Made by a program: the position numbers and the translations under genes. The notes under the pieces are model-generated. The model did not search any database, was not told where the DNA came from, and saw only the letters and a program-made list of their open reading frames with translations. This document shows, one piece after another, positions 28,881 to 39,920 of a stretch of DNA of 64,000 bases; position 1 is the first letter of the stretch, and every line of letters begins with the position of its first letter. The stretch comes from Candidatus Nomurabacteria bacterium. GTDB taxonomy: Bacteria > Patescibacteriota > Minisyncoccia > Phycocordibacterales > UBA918. The stretch lies in NCBI GenBank assembly GCA_023898585.1, contig CP060229.1:75388-139387 (forward strand), read 5' to 3'.

Positions 28881-30197
28881 TTGATGACAACTCAAACTTC
28901 GCGACTTCCACAATCGAGACGTCGATCTTACTCAAGTTCCGGCACAAAGCCAGAACAATCATTTAGTCGTAATAGACGCCCGAATAACGGAACTGGTTTT
29001 GGCAGTGGTCGTTTTGGTGGACACAAACGCTCACACAACAATTTTCGTAACAATAGAAACAGAGCTCGCTCCGGCGGCGGCCGTAAACAACCCACCTTCG
29101 ACCCTTCGCAGTTTATAAATAAAAATCCGATCGAGACAAAAGAAGAGGTGTACGTACCAAAACACCGATTCACAGACTTTGGCCTACACCCCAGGATTGT
29201 TGAAGCTGTGACCGGTCAAGGCATTTCTTCTCCCTCACCCATCCAAGATCAAGTGATCCCCCTTATCAATGATGGAAAAGATGTGGTCGGATTGGCAGAA
29301 ACCGGTTCCGGTAAAACGGCGGCCTTTTTGTTGCCACTCATTAAGAAAACTTTGACGAACAAGAATCAAGTGACATTGATCCTCACTCCCACCCGCGAAC
29401 TCGCTCTCCAGGCAGAAGCGGAATTTCGTAAATTCAGTGTCGGTTTTAAACTCTACGCCACCTCGTGTGTCGGAGGTACGAGTATCAGACCACAGATACG
29501 AGCTCTCAAAAGAATCAACCATTTTATTATTGGGACACCCGGTCGTATTCTCGACCTTATAAATCGTGGTGATCTACGAACCGAAAGAATCAATAACGTC
29601 GTTCTTGACGAAGCTGATCGCATGCTCGATATGGGATTTATTCATGATATGCGTAAAATCTTAGAAAATGTCACCAAAAACCGACAAACTCTTTTCTTCT
29701 CCGCTACCATGACGGCAGAGGCTGAAAGGATGGTAAACGATTTTATGCGTTCGCCAGTTACTGTTTCTGTAAAAAAGAAAGATGTGACCGACAGTATCAC
29801 TCAAGACGTTGTGCCTTATGAACACGTGCACAAATTTGACACTTTGCTCGCTCTGCTCTCCAAGGAAGAAATGAGACGAGTGATTATCTTCGGCTCAATG
29901 AAACACAGTGTGGAAAAATTATCTAATGAACTGTGTCGCTCCGGTATTAAAGCAGAATCCATTCACGGTAACAAAAGCCATGGTCAGAGGCAACGTTCAC
30001 TGAACGCTTTTAAAAGTGGTAACGCCCGGGTGTTGGTTGCGACAGACGTAGCGGCGAGAGGAATTCATGTTGATAATGTTTCTCATGTAATAAACTACGA
30101 CTTACCAAACACTTTTGAAGATTATGTGCACCGTATTGGCCGTACCGGTCGTGGGGTTCACAAAGGTCAAGCTTTAACCTTCGTACCGAAAAGATAG
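28881..30197 (+). CDS. DEAD-box ATP-dependent RNA helicase with N-terminal Arg/Gly-rich region
   Basis: Q-motif, AETGSGKT (motif I), DEAD, SAT, HRIGRTGR (motif VI); RG/RN-rich first 70 aa. Confidence 0.85.
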   Translation: MMTTQTSRLPQSRRRSYSSSGTKPEQSFSRNRRPNNGTGFGSGRFGGHKRSHNNFRNNRNRARSGGGRKQPTFDPSQFINKNPIETKEEVYVPKHRFTDFGLHPRIVEAVTGQGISSPSPIQDQVIPLINDGKDVVGLAETGSGKTAAFLLPLIKKTLTNKNQVTLILTPTRELALQAEAEFRKFSVGFKLYATSCVGGTSIRPQIRALKRINHFIIGTPGRILDLINRGDLRTERINNVVLDEADRMLDMGFIHDMRKILENVTKNRQTLFFSATMTAEAERMVNDFMRSPVTVSVKKKDVTDSITQDVVPYEHVHKFDTLLALLSKEEMRRVIIFGSMKHSVEKLSNELCRSGIKAESIHGNKSHGQRQRSLNAFKSGNARVLVATDVAARGIHVDNVSHVINYDLPNTFEDYVHRIGRTGRGVHKGQALTFVPKR

Positions 30198-30306
30198 CGG
30201 GTGTTTCATTAAAAAAACCAAGTGCGACCCAGACTGTCGAACCGAAGTAATGAAAAAAGAAGGTCACGACCGTTACAGGAAGTGACCTTTTAAAAATGGT
30301 TTTGCC

Positions 30307-30903
30307 TCATAAAATACGAATTTCTTCGGCTTGTGTATCTTCCCTTCCTCGCCTAAAACCAACCACTATTTCCACTCTCGTCCCTTTCGCACAAACACTC
30401 ACGTCCAGACCCGATTTTCGGAGATATATTTCGTGCACAAAAATGAGCTCATTTTCTCCTTCCGGCACAACAAAACCGTAGCCTTTTTCTGAATGAAAGA
30501 AAACAAAAGTCGCCTTAAGCCACTTCTCTTTGGGTATATTGTCCCAACGTCTTTGGTTTTCCTCATCTACTCTCTCTTCGGAAAAGAGAGATATGTCCTT
30601 GGCTCCAAGCTTACCATTCGAGCGACGAAATGGTGTGTATTCAATCCATTCACCTCCCTTCAAGGGAGTTATGATATGCAAATACTTAAGTTGCGACCGA
30701 TGGACAAGAACGTCTCCTTCTTGATTGTACGGGGAGACGAAACCGAAGCCCGTCTCTTGATTGAAGTGTTTTATAAACCCGATCTGTTTGTCCTCTGACT
30801 GAAAAGTGTGATTTCTGTTTCGAAACCTATTACCCCTACGCTTCTCTGACTTAAACAATTTTCCCTCCAGATATTTCGAAGAACCGAACGACCATAAAAT
30901 CAA
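30307..30903 (-). CDS. tandem cold-shock-domain protein
   Basis: two CSDs: GFIKHFNQETGFGFV... and ATFVFFHSEKGYGFVVPEG.NELIFVHE. Confidence 0.7.
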   Translation of the reverse strand: MILWSFGSSKYLEGKLFKSEKRRGNRFRNRNHTFQSEDKQIGFIKHFNQETGFGFVSPYNQEGDVLVHRSQLKYLHIITPLKGGEWIEYTPFRRSNGKLGAKDISLFSEERVDEENQRRWDNIPKEKWLKATFVFFHSEKGYGFVVPEGENELIFVHEIYLRKSGLDVSVCAKGTRVEIVVGFRRGREDTQAEEIRIL

Positions 30904-30968
30904 TCGATATTGAACACGTATTTAAAAGTAAAGTCAATTATTTATCTTGAGTCAAAACAAAATAAGTT

Positions 30969-31943
30969 CTACTGAAAACTGACGATATTCGGTGGAATAT
31001 GACCAAGGAAGAACTCATTTATATTTACAGCCACCATTTCTGACATCTTATTTCTAGTCTCTTCGCTGGCGGAAGCTATGTGGGGAGTTAAAACAACATT
31101 CTCCAATTTACTCAAACCTCTTGCCAATTTTGGTTCTGATTCAAAAACATCAAGACCGGCTCCTTTGATTATTCCTTTTTTAAGGGCTTCGACCAGTGCT
31201 TTTTCATCTATCACACCTCCGCGGGAAGTGTTGATGAGATAAGCTGATGGCTTCATCATCGCCAACCTTTCCGCGCTCAAGAAATGCTTAGTTTCTGGCA
31301 GAAGCGGTACGTGCAGGGAAACAACATCTGATGTGCGCAAGACATCTTCCGGTGTTTCGTAATAATGACAACCGATCTCGGACTCTAAAGACTCGGAACG
31401 GTTAATGTCATAATAATTCACTTGCATACCAAAACCGAGAGACAATCGTTTGGCCACTGCCGAACCGATCCGGCCCGCTCCGACAATACCCAAAGTTTTG
31501 CCGGTCAAATCACTCCCGAGTAAAAGCTCAGGGGACCAACCTTGGTATTTTTTTGCTCGCATGAAGCGGTCAGCCTCGGGAATTCTTTTCACCACCGAGA
31601 GAATAAGGGACACGGTATATTCAGCCACTGTATCAGTTAAGACATCGGGGGTGTTGGTAACGGTGACTCTCGCCTGTCCTAAAGCTGACACGTCGATATT
31701 ATTAAATCCAACCGCGTAATTGGCGACGATTTTTAATTGCGGAGTAAACGACAGCACAGAACCATCTATATGGTCTGTTAACAATGAGACTATACCTTCA
31801 TAGGGTCTCAGCGATAGCATTTCTTTCAGCTCATCGGGCGAAAGTGCGCCGTCTTTTTCGCTCACCACGACTTCGTGTCCGCCTTCTTTCATCCACCGCA
31901 ACCCTATTTCGGGTATTTTTCTGGTGACAAATATAAGTGCCAT
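30969..31943 (-). CDS. D-isomer-specific 2-hydroxyacid dehydrogenase (glyoxylate/hydroxypyruvate reductase-like)
   Basis: NAD-binding GIVGAGRIGSAVAKRL, catalytic R/E/H pattern (NTSRGGVID ... LTPHIASA). Confidence 0.8.
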   Translation of the reverse strand: MALIFVTRKIPEIGLRWMKEGGHEVVVSEKDGALSPDELKEMLSLRPYEGIVSLLTDHIDGSVLSFTPQLKIVANYAVGFNNIDVSALGQARVTVTNTPDVLTDTVAEYTVSLILSVVKRIPEADRFMRAKKYQGWSPELLLGSDLTGKTLGIVGAGRIGSAVAKRLSLGFGMQVNYYDINRSESLESEIGCHYYETPEDVLRTSDVVSLHVPLLPETKHFLSAERLAMMKPSAYLINTSRGGVIDEKALVEALKKGIIKGAGLDVFESEPKLARGLSKLENVVLTPHIASASEETRNKMSEMVAVNINEFFLGHIPPNIVSFQ

Positions 31944-31966
31944 ACTTTAATAAAAAACTAATAATC

Positions 31967-32461
31967 TCACCCAACCGATTCATCCTTCATAGCTTTGATA
32001 GATTCAACCACCTGATCGTAATAAGAGCGAACATTTAAGAGATTCTTGATTGCCAATTCGGTATCTTCGATTATGTAGGCTTGAAACGATACGAAGCCGG
32101 CTTCGTTAGGGAGGGACGACAAAGCCTCAACTCCTCTTCTTATCTTGTCGAGCTCAATCTCAAGATGATCGCGGAAGGACTCCAAATCACTGCTTATGGA
32201 ACAGAGGTTGTCGGCCGTGTCTTGGAGAGATAGTATTTCGTCAATATCTTCACATTGATTCAGTTGGTCTTCAACTTTCTTTAGAGCCCGCCGAATAACA
32301 ACTTGTCTTACAGCCAAACGGTTCTTCTCCTTCCTCATGTAGCTCATGTTGGAAATAATTCTCTGTAGGCCACTTTGGGTTGTTTGTAGCTGTATTTGCT
32401 TCATACTATTGAGGCTATCATGCGCCGGGAATAATTCAATTGTGATATACACATACACCAA
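31967..32461 (-). CDS. hypothetical coiled-coil protein
   Basis: 164-aa ORF, heptad-rich; true start possibly internal (MKQIQLQ). Confidence 0.3.
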   Translation of the reverse strand: MVYVYITIELFPAHDSLNSMKQIQLQTTQSGLQRIISNMSYMRKEKNRLAVRQVVIRRALKKVEDQLNQCEDIDEILSLQDTADNLCSISSDLESFRDHLEIELDKIRRGVEALSSLPNEAGFVSFQAYIIEDTELAIKNLLNVRSYYDQVVESIKAMKDESVG

Positions 32462-32756
32462 AATTTATCAAGTTAAACTGTGGATAATATTGTGCATAAG
32501 CTGTTAATTACTTGCTTGTCGAGGCGAGCTCTACAGAGAAGTCGAGGGCTAGAAAGAATATTTTTTAACTATACACACAAATCTGCGACCAACTGCAAAA
32601 AATAAGGCTTTTATTGCAAGAGTATTGAGGAAAAAATGATTTCTATTTAATTAGAATTTCACATAATGTTAAAGTTCTGGTCACCCCATCTATCGGATAC
32701 TACTTTTCGGAAACAAAAGTAGTTCTTTTCACAACGAAAAACATAGGTGAACCAAC

Positions 32757-33515
32757 ATGAACGCGCAATCCGAATTTACACCAAACGATTGGGATTTTTA
32801 CGCTACCTGTTACGATACTTTATTACAGCTGAAACCATATCGAGAGTTAATTGATCAGGTTGCCACTGAAATTGATACTCGGCCTTCAGATAAACTGCTT
32901 GATCTGGCATGTGGTACAGGGAGTCTATTGGCAACACTGGCCAACAGATTACAACTTTCTGAATTATCGGGGATAGATTTTTCTCCCAGCATGTTACAGC
33001 AAGCCAAACTGAAAGTGAGGCCGGGGAGAGTAGAATTTAGACAAGGTGATGTAAATAATATCTTGCCTTGGCAAAATGACCACTTCGACAAAGTTGTGTG
33101 TGTGAATGCTCTCTACACTTTCAACAGTCCCGAGAGCAGTCTAAGGGAAGTTTATCGGATTCTAAAGCCGGGCGGTGACATTATCCTTGTCACTCCCAAA
33201 CAAGAGTTCGAAAACGGGCTGGTACTCAAGGCTCATGCTGGAAGTGATAAACCGGATTCATATTGGTCAAACTCGCACGCCTCAGCGGAAAGAGAAGAAT
33301 GTCTGATAAGATCAGCAATCAAAGACGAGTCCGTTGTAAAGCAAATGATCTACGTTGCCGAACACAACCGTAAAATCGCCCGAACTATAACTTTCCATTT
33401 CTTTACATCTCAAGCCTTGGAAAAATTATTTACGGAGTGTAATTTTTCCATACTTAAAATGGTTCCTGTCTACGCCGATCAATGCATCTTGGTGCGTGCT
33501 CGAAAGAAGCCGTGA
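32757..33515 (+). CDS. class I SAM-dependent methyltransferase
   Basis: motif I LLDLACGTGSL, motif post-I/II (IDFSPSML, VVCVNALY), ILKPGGDIIL. Confidence 0.7.
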   Translation: MNAQSEFTPNDWDFYATCYDTLLQLKPYRELIDQVATEIDTRPSDKLLDLACGTGSLLATLANRLQLSELSGIDFSPSMLQQAKLKVRPGRVEFRQGDVNNILPWQNDHFDKVVCVNALYTFNSPESSLREVYRILKPGGDIILVTPKQEFENGLVLKAHAGSDKPDSYWSNSHASAEREECLIRSAIKDESVVKQMIYVAEHNRKIARTITFHFFTSQALEKLFTECNFSILKMVPVYADQCILVRARKKP

Positions 33516-33524
33516 GGAGTCAAC

Positions 33525-34130
33525 ATGAAAGAAATTGAAGTTATCACTTCACAGCATCCTAGCTATCAAAAAGTCTGTGATTTTGCTGATGGTATATACC
33601 TAGAAACAATTGGTGCTGGAATCAGGACTCCCCCAGACACAATGATAATGGCAACAGAAAACGGCCGGGTTTGCGGGTGTGTCGGCCTCAGCAGTACCGT
33701 GTCTTCCGGACTTTTTTTGAATGATGGGAGATTTTATGAAATTATAAAGAATCTACCACAGGGCACGAGAATTGCTGAACAAAATATCCTCGCAGTCCGT
33801 AAATTTCCGGCCGGTATACCATTGCTCATTTCCACCGTGGTGGCTTTCGCTAGGAGTATCGGAATTCAAAAAATTGCCTTTGCTGGTATACCTGCGTCCT
33901 GCAAGGCAGTTCAGCAACTTGGCTATCAAGTAACGGTGCTTGGCAAGACAGAGCTGAGAGTTTTTTCGGAAGAAGAAAAAATCAAATACCGGTTCTGGCT
34001 AGAAAGGTATCGTCCGGTATCAAGTATTCTGGATACCGAAGATTCTCACAAAATATGCCAGAGTGCCTTACTTCGTTTTTCAAAAAAGGCAGTGTTGGTG
34101 GGCAGGTTACAGTCTTCCGTACTGACATAA
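33525..34130 (+). CDS. hypothetical protein (possibly GNAT-fold acyltransferase-like)
   Basis: 201-aa ORF 10 nt after the MTase gene; no confident motif. Confidence 0.35.
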   Translation: MKEIEVITSQHPSYQKVCDFADGIYLETIGAGIRTPPDTMIMATENGRVCGCVGLSSTVSSGLFLNDGRFYEIIKNLPQGTRIAEQNILAVRKFPAGIPLLISTVVAFARSIGIQKIAFAGIPASCKAVQQLGYQVTVLGKTELRVFSEEEKIKYRFWLERYRPVSSILDTEDSHKICQSALLRFSKKAVLVGRLQSSVLT

Positions 34131-34199
34131 GCGATAATACAAGAGGATGTTTGACATTAGGGCTGTAAATGCTCTAATGTCTTTTACTTATTAGGAGCT

Positions 34200-36206
34200 A
34201 TGTTAATTATAATTCAGACGACTTTAGTTGTTACCATATTGTGTGCCAGTGCCTTAGGCATATATATATTTGCACAACACAAATCATCCTATCCGAAAAT
34301 ATTACTCATTATTCACTTGTTTAGCATCGCAACCTGGGCTTTCGCAACTCTAGTCGCCTTGCAACAAGAAAGTGATATTGCAGTAAAGATGGCTTACGCC
34401 AGCGCGGTTGTCTTGGTGATTTCGAAATATTACTTTATTGCTTCTTTTCCGGACTCCAAAATTCCGACTAAGTTTTTATCGCTCATCCCTTTACTGGTGG
34501 CGATTTTTTTATTCTGCATGTCCTTTTTCGATAATCTTTTTGTGGCCAGTTTTCAGGTTATTGGAGGATCTTATGTACTTATAAATGACGGTCCTCTTGG
34601 ATCAACATACATGCTACTAATAACAGCATTTATTATTTACCCAATAGTAAATTTGTGGCGGAAGAAAAAAGACCCAAAATACGTCGGTCATGTTGCTGAC
34701 CAAATTAAGTTCTTGTTTATCGGTACTTTCTTCTTTTTTATTCTCGGTGTCAGCACAAATTCGATCTTACCGGTCGTATTCCACATATACTATTTCAACG
34801 GTATCGGGCCATCCCTTTCTCTTATTCTGGCTGGGTTTATTGTATACATCATTAAAAAACACCATTTTCTCGATATTACTTTTGTCATACAACGTAGTTT
34901 GATTTATTCCGTATTAATCTGTGGTATCATCGGAATTTATATCACAGTTCTTCTTGTTCTCAACGAAATAACCTACCGAACAGCCTCCATGAACCCGATT
35001 GTGAGCGGAATAATTACTTCCATCATAGGTATCTTCTCAGTTCCTATGATAGACTCTTTTTTGCGAAAAAAGACAGACCGGCTATTCTTTAAAGACCGCT
35101 ACAATTACAATGACGTTCTTCAGGAATTATGTGGAAGCATAAACCGCAGTATAGAGATTACCGAGATAGAAGACCAGACTTCAAAGCTATTAAAACGTTC
35201 TCTCAAATCATCATCGGTAGAAATAATAATCAGTAATAGTCAAACAAGTTACAAACCAAAATTAAACAATTCACCATTTAAACTCAACGATAGAGGAGCG
35301 CTTTCCATACCACTTATAAGTGATAACAAACTGATAGGCCAATTAAGACTGGGGGAGAAATTATCTGGTGATAAATATTATGCCGCTGATTGGCAACTTC
35401 TAGAAACATTGTCACATCCACTGGCTCTTGCGTGTGAACGTGCCAAGTACCACAAAAGTCTGCAGGATTATTCTAAAAAACTCGAGATTGAAGTAAAAAA
35501 AAGAACCGCAGAGTTACAGGAGTCATACAAGAATCAGCAAGACATAATCTCTAATATAGCTCACGGACTACAAACTCCATTAACCATAGTCGAGAATGAG
35601 CTCGAATCCCTTAAAAAACAAGAAAATATATCTGGCCATATTCTTCTCCTTCAAAAATCACTTTCCTCGGTATCGACTTTTATTTACGATTTACTACGTC
35701 TTGTCTCACTAGAATCAAAAGCTGACCGTTTAAATTTTGAAAATTTTGATCTCAGTATGTTACTTGAGGAAATTGTGTCATACACCAGAATTATTGCTCT
35801 GGACAAAAAAATATCTTTAGATTTTGATATAGAAAGTGATATCAAAATAAATGGTGACATAAGGAAAATTGAAGAAGTGGTCCTGGCTTTGATAAGCAAT
35901 TCAATAAAATACATGAGGCAATCGGGAGAGAGAAATATTCATGTAAGCCTACAAAACGATCATCAGAACGCCATGATTACAGTCAAGGATTCAGGTATAG
36001 GCATACCACAAGAATCCCTTCCAAAAATATTTGACCGTTTTTATCGGGTGAAAAGCGATGTCACCAAAAACATACTCGGTTCGGGGTTAGGTCTCTCCAT
36101 CGCTCTTGCCATTGTTAAAGTCCACCAAGGAAACATATCGATAACAAGCCAAGTCGATGTTGGTACCAATTTTATGATCACGATTCCTTTATCTAATAAA
36201 AAGTAA
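34200..36206 (+). CDS. sensor histidine kinase with N-terminal multi-TM sensor domain
   Basis: about 8 TM helices, H-box SNIAHGLQTPLT, HATPase_c motifs (DSGIGIP...DRFYRV...GSGLGLSIA). Confidence 0.8.
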   Translation: MLIIIQTTLVVTILCASALGIYIFAQHKSSYPKILLIIHLFSIATWAFATLVALQQESDIAVKMAYASAVVLVISKYYFIASFPDSKIPTKFLSLIPLLVAIFLFCMSFFDNLFVASFQVIGGSYVLINDGPLGSTYMLLITAFIIYPIVNLWRKKKDPKYVGHVADQIKFLFIGTFFFFILGVSTNSILPVVFHIYYFNGIGPSLSLILAGFIVYIIKKHHFLDITFVIQRSLIYSVLICGIIGIYITVLLVLNEITYRTASMNPIVSGIITSIIGIFSVPMIDSFLRKKTDRLFFKDRYNYNDVLQELCGSINRSIEITEIEDQTSKLLKRSLKSSSVEIIISNSQTSYKPKLNNSPFKLNDRGALSIPLISDNKLIGQLRLGEKLSGDKYYAADWQLLETLSHPLALACERAKYHKSLQDYSKKLEIEVKKRTAELQESYKNQQDIISNIAHGLQTPLTIVENELESLKKQENISGHILLLQKSLSSVSTFIYDLLRLVSLESKADRLNFENFDLSMLLEEIVSYTRIIALDKKISLDFDIESDIKINGDIRKIEEVVLALISNSIKYMRQSGERNIHVSLQNDHQNAMITVKDSGIGIPQESLPKIFDRFYRVKSDVTKNILGSGLGLSIALAIVKVHQGNISITSQVDVGTNFMITIPLSNKK

Positions 36207-36292
36207 GGGGGTTACGTATCATACATATCTACAGTCATGACATGGTTGGTTACACATTCGAAGACAATCGATACAAATTTGGAATGTTTTAG

Positions 36293-36363
36293 CTACCCGA
36301 CAGGGACTCGAACCCCAATTACTTGGACCAAAACCAAGTGTCCTACCATTAGACGATCGGGTA
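36293..36363 (-). tRNA. tRNA-Gln(TTG)
   Basis: reverse complement TACCCGATCGTCTAATGGTAGGACACTTGGTTTTGGTCCAAGTAATTGGGGTTCGAGTCCCTGTCGGGTAG; 7-bp acceptor, anticodon loop TTTTGGT. Confidence 0.8.
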
Positions 36364-36432
36364 ATAGGCGATAGAAACGCACGCGATTATTTATGTGCGC
36401 CACTACCATATCACACTTTTAATTTTTTCTCA

Positions 36433-38091
36433 CTAGTTTGATTCGTAGGACGCCTTTATAAACGCAGTGAAAAGCGGGTGTGGACTGAGCGGTCTTGCTT
36501 GCAGTTCGGGATGAAATTGCACCCCGACAAAAAACGGGTGAATGTCTGTTGGTAGCTCGACAATCTCCATCAGACGACCGTCCGGCGACTTGCCGGTAAA
36601 ATTGAGTCCGGCAGTCTCTAGCTGGTTTATGTAATAAGGGTTCACTTCATAGCGATGACGATGTCTCTCTGATATTTCGTTAGTTCGATAGGCTTTTGTG
36701 GCTATAGATCCTGCACTGATTACCGTCGGATACGAACCTAAGCGCATCGTGCCCCCCATATCTTTACTGGCAATTTTTTCTCTTTGGTCTTCCATCACAC
36801 CGACAACCAGATGTTCCGCTTGAGGGTCGATTTCCTCGGTGCTGGATTTTTTTATCTTCGCCACATTACGAGCGAATTCAAGTACAGCCAACTGCATTCC
36901 GTAACAGATTCCGAAATAGGGAATCTTATTTTTACGGACATATTCAATGACGTTAAGCTTTCCGTCTATACCGGTCTTACCAAACCCTCCAGGCACAAGG
37001 ACTCCGTCAAAATTTTTCAACTTTTTCAGGTTCTTTTTATTTTCAAATTCTTGTGAAGAGAGATAAGAGATTTCCGGCTTCAGATTGAGTTTGTAGGCGG
37101 AGAACTTAATTGCTTCAAGTACTGAAATATAAACATCGGAAAGAACAAAGTCACCCGAATTGAAATACTTACCCACTACGGCAATTTTCACTTTATCATT
37201 CTCGTTCTTAGATCGCTTCACAAAAAGCCTCCATTCTTTCAAGTCAATGGTTTTTTTCCTGGGTAAATTAAGTAACTCTATCAACTGAGTGGAAAGTTTT
37301 TCTTCTTCGTAATTAAGTGGTATATCATAAATACTGTTAACATCAGGAGCTGAGATGACATTTTCAACTTTTACGTTACAGAATTTGGAAATCTTTTCTT
37401 TACGTTTGTCATCAATCCCGATCGGACTGCGACAGATAATCATATCGGCGAATACCCCGGCACTGTTCAACATACGTACGGCTGTTTGAGTTGGTTTGGT
37501 TTTCATTTCCCCGATTGAACCCGGCACCGGTAAATAACCTACCATGACCACTGCCACATTCTCCGGCTCTTCGGTCTCCATCATGCGAACCGCCTCCAAA
37601 AAAAGTACGTTTTGATACTCACCAACCGTACCGCCGACTTCAACCAAAACCACGTCGAAATCCTTGCCGGCTTTTTTAATACGCCGAATGACTTCAAGTG
37701 GTATATCGGGCACCACCTCGACATTTTTACCCTTATAACCAAGATTGCGTTCTTTTTCGATAACAGACTTATAAACACTGCCGGTTGTCATGTAATTGAT
37801 GGCCGGCAAATCGATATTGAGAAACCGTTCATAATTCCCCATGTCTTGATCGGTTTCCAAACCGTCTTTCAGAACAAATACTTCGCCGTGTTCAGTAGGA
37901 TTCATGGTTCCAGCGTCGACATTGATGTAAGGATCAATTTTTAAAGCTGTTACTCGGTGTCCCCGTGCTTGAAGCAACATAGCAATTGAAGAAGAGGTTA
38001 TTCCTTTCCCCACCCCACTCATGACACCACCGACCACAAATATGTACTTGGTCGGCGACTTTTTAACGGAAGCCTTTGTTCTCTTCTTCAT
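36433..38091 (-). CDS. pyrG: CTP synthase
   Basis: N-terminal synthetase domain (YIFVVGGVMSGVGKG) and C-terminal glutamine amidotransferase (GICYGMQ, HPE); 552 aa. Confidence 0.9.
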   Translation of the reverse strand: MKKRTKASVKKSPTKYIFVVGGVMSGVGKGITSSSIAMLLQARGHRVTALKIDPYINVDAGTMNPTEHGEVFVLKDGLETDQDMGNYERFLNIDLPAINYMTTGSVYKSVIEKERNLGYKGKNVEVVPDIPLEVIRRIKKAGKDFDVVLVEVGGTVGEYQNVLFLEAVRMMETEEPENVAVVMVGYLPVPGSIGEMKTKPTQTAVRMLNSAGVFADMIICRSPIGIDDKRKEKISKFCNVKVENVISAPDVNSIYDIPLNYEEEKLSTQLIELLNLPRKKTIDLKEWRLFVKRSKNENDKVKIAVVGKYFNSGDFVLSDVYISVLEAIKFSAYKLNLKPEISYLSSQEFENKKNLKKLKNFDGVLVPGGFGKTGIDGKLNVIEYVRKNKIPYFGICYGMQLAVLEFARNVAKIKKSSTEEIDPQAEHLVVGVMEDQREKIASKDMGGTMRLGSYPTVISAGSIATKAYRTNEISERHRHRYEVNPYYINQLETAGLNFTGKSPDGRLMEIVELPTDIHPFFVGVQFHPELQARPLSPHPLFTAFIKASYESN

Positions 38092-38100
38092 AGTAAAAAA

Positions 38101-39039
38101 TTAAGTTCGTAAATATCGTGCCACAGCCAAGATACTGGAAGCTAGACCAAGCACCACTCCGATACCTACCAAAACACCGAATATCTCTCCGAAGTGAGCG
38201 ACATAATAGGTAAACAGATTTAACTCAAAGAAAGCTTCCGTCCTAGGACCAAGCCAAATCAGTAATGGATAAAACATCAACAGAGCCAATACACCCGAGA
38301 TAACTCCGTACATGATTCCTTGTAGCATAAATGGGCCACGAATAAACATATTGCTCGCACCCACTAAACGCATAATCGCTATTTCTTCTCTAGCTGTATA
38401 AATAGCCAGTCGTACGGTGTTAAAGGTGATAAGAACCGCCGCTGTCAGCAATATAATCATCACGACAAGGCTGGCTTGCTCGACCGCTTTTATAATGGTG
38501 GTTAAGGTATCGATCGACTCCTTGTTTCTAGCGTAATTTATTTCATCTATTACCGGAGTTTGAGGTTGCTCTAATTCACGTTGTTCTTCCAGAAAGCGCG
38601 CTACGCTTTCGTATTGTGAAGTCTCTTTAGCTTGTATGGCAATAGTGGCACCGAGCGGATTCTCATCCAACTCTTCGAGTGCCTGGAGGGATATCTCATC
38701 ATCTTTGTTGTTTTCTCGATAGCGCTGTAAAGCTTCTTCTCGGGAGGTAAAATCAACCGACGCAACATCCGGTAAGGAAGCTACGGCATTTTTAATCCTC
38801 TCCACTTCTTCTTCTGGAGCATCGGGGACAAAATAAACATTGATATCAACTTTGGACTTAAGTGTTTGCAAAGAGGTCGATAAAAGCTGGTCAAGAAACA
38901 TCGTGGCTCCGATCACAAAAAGGGCGACTGTAAGCACAAAAACAGACGCCAACGCGACATAGGTGTTCCTCCAAAAACCGACAAATCCGGCTTTTACTAC
39001 TCTTCTTAGGGCGGTAATCATAAATAAACTTATTGGCAA
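38101..39039 (-). CDS. ftsX: cell division permease FtsX
   Basis: 4-TM ABC3-type permease directly downstream of ftsE. Confidence 0.8.
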   Translation of the reverse strand: MPISLFMITALRRVVKAGFVGFWRNTYVALASVFVLTVALFVIGATMFLDQLLSTSLQTLKSKVDINVYFVPDAPEEEVERIKNAVASLPDVASVDFTSREEALQRYRENNKDDEISLQALEELDENPLGATIAIQAKETSQYESVARFLEEQRELEQPQTPVIDEINYARNKESIDTLTTIIKAVEQASLVVMIILLTAAVLITFNTVRLAIYTAREEIAIMRLVGASNMFIRGPFMLQGIMYGVISGVLALLMFYPLLIWLGPRTEAFFELNLFTYYVAHFGEIFGVLVGIGVVLGLASSILAVARYLRT

Positions 39040-39118
39040 TCAAAATATAAAATTTTGTTATTTATTTTGATTGTTAAACTTCATATTCATTCTTCGATTG
39101 GTTATCAAATAAAAAAAT

Positions 39119-39802
39119 TTACAAAACATACTTACCAGAAACATCGTCACGCACCACTCGACCGTCATCCATGGTAATGACTCTTCTTTCTATCTCATCA
39201 ATCACTCCTTTGTTGTGCGTGGTCATTATAACAGTGGTGCCGAGATCGTTTATCTTTCTTAAGATCTGGACGACTTCATAGGTAGCAATAGGGTCGAGGT
39301 TTCCAGTTGGCTCATCGGCAATGATAATATCCGGCTGATTAACAATCGCACGTGCAATCGCCACCCTTTGTTTTTCTCCGCCGGACAACTCGTGTGGAAA
39401 ATTCCAGGCTTTGTCTTCAAGATCAACCAAAGCAAGCGCCTGGGGGACATTTTCTGCAACTTCTTCGTCACTGCGACCATTGGCTTCCATGGCGAAGGCC
39501 ACATTTTCGTAAGCTGTTTTGTGTGGAAGTAGTTTGAAGTCTTGAAAAACGGTACCGATTTTACGGCGGTAATGAGGCAATTTGGTTTTGGGAATTCGAT
39601 GAACATCAAGCGATTCGAAAAAAACCTGACCGTGAGAAGGATGGTCTTCCGCAATAATCATCTTGAGCAAAGTCGTTTTACCGGCGCCGGAATGACCGAC
39701 GATAGAAACAAATTCTCTAGGGGCCACTTGAAAAGTCACCTCCTGGAGAGCAGCGCTCCGACCATCGTTGTACACCTTTGAAACGTTATCGAAGTAGATC
39801 AT
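39119..39802 (-). CDS. ftsE: cell division ATP-binding protein FtsE
   Basis: Walker A GHSGAGKTT, signature LSGGEKQRVAIARA, Walker B IIADEPTGNLD; start at MIYFDNVSK (39802). Confidence 0.9.
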   Translation of the reverse strand: MIYFDNVSKVYNDGRSAALQEVTFQVAPREFVSIVGHSGAGKTTLLKMIIAEDHPSHGQVFFESLDVHRIPKTKLPHYRRKIGTVFQDFKLLPHKTAYENVAFAMEANGRSDEEVAENVPQALALVDLEDKAWNFPHELSGGEKQRVAIARAIVNQPDIIIADEPTGNLDPIATYEVVQILRKINDLGTTVIMTTHNKGVIDEIERRVITMDDGRVVRDDVSGKYVL

Positions 39803-39920
39803 GATTGATAGTATACCCCGCCCTAACATTTTTCACAAAGCACCGAATGTTAGTGTTTCAGACCGCGCTTTAATACCGCCTGTAATCTTAAAATAAAAAA
39901 TTGGGGCAGGATATATCAAG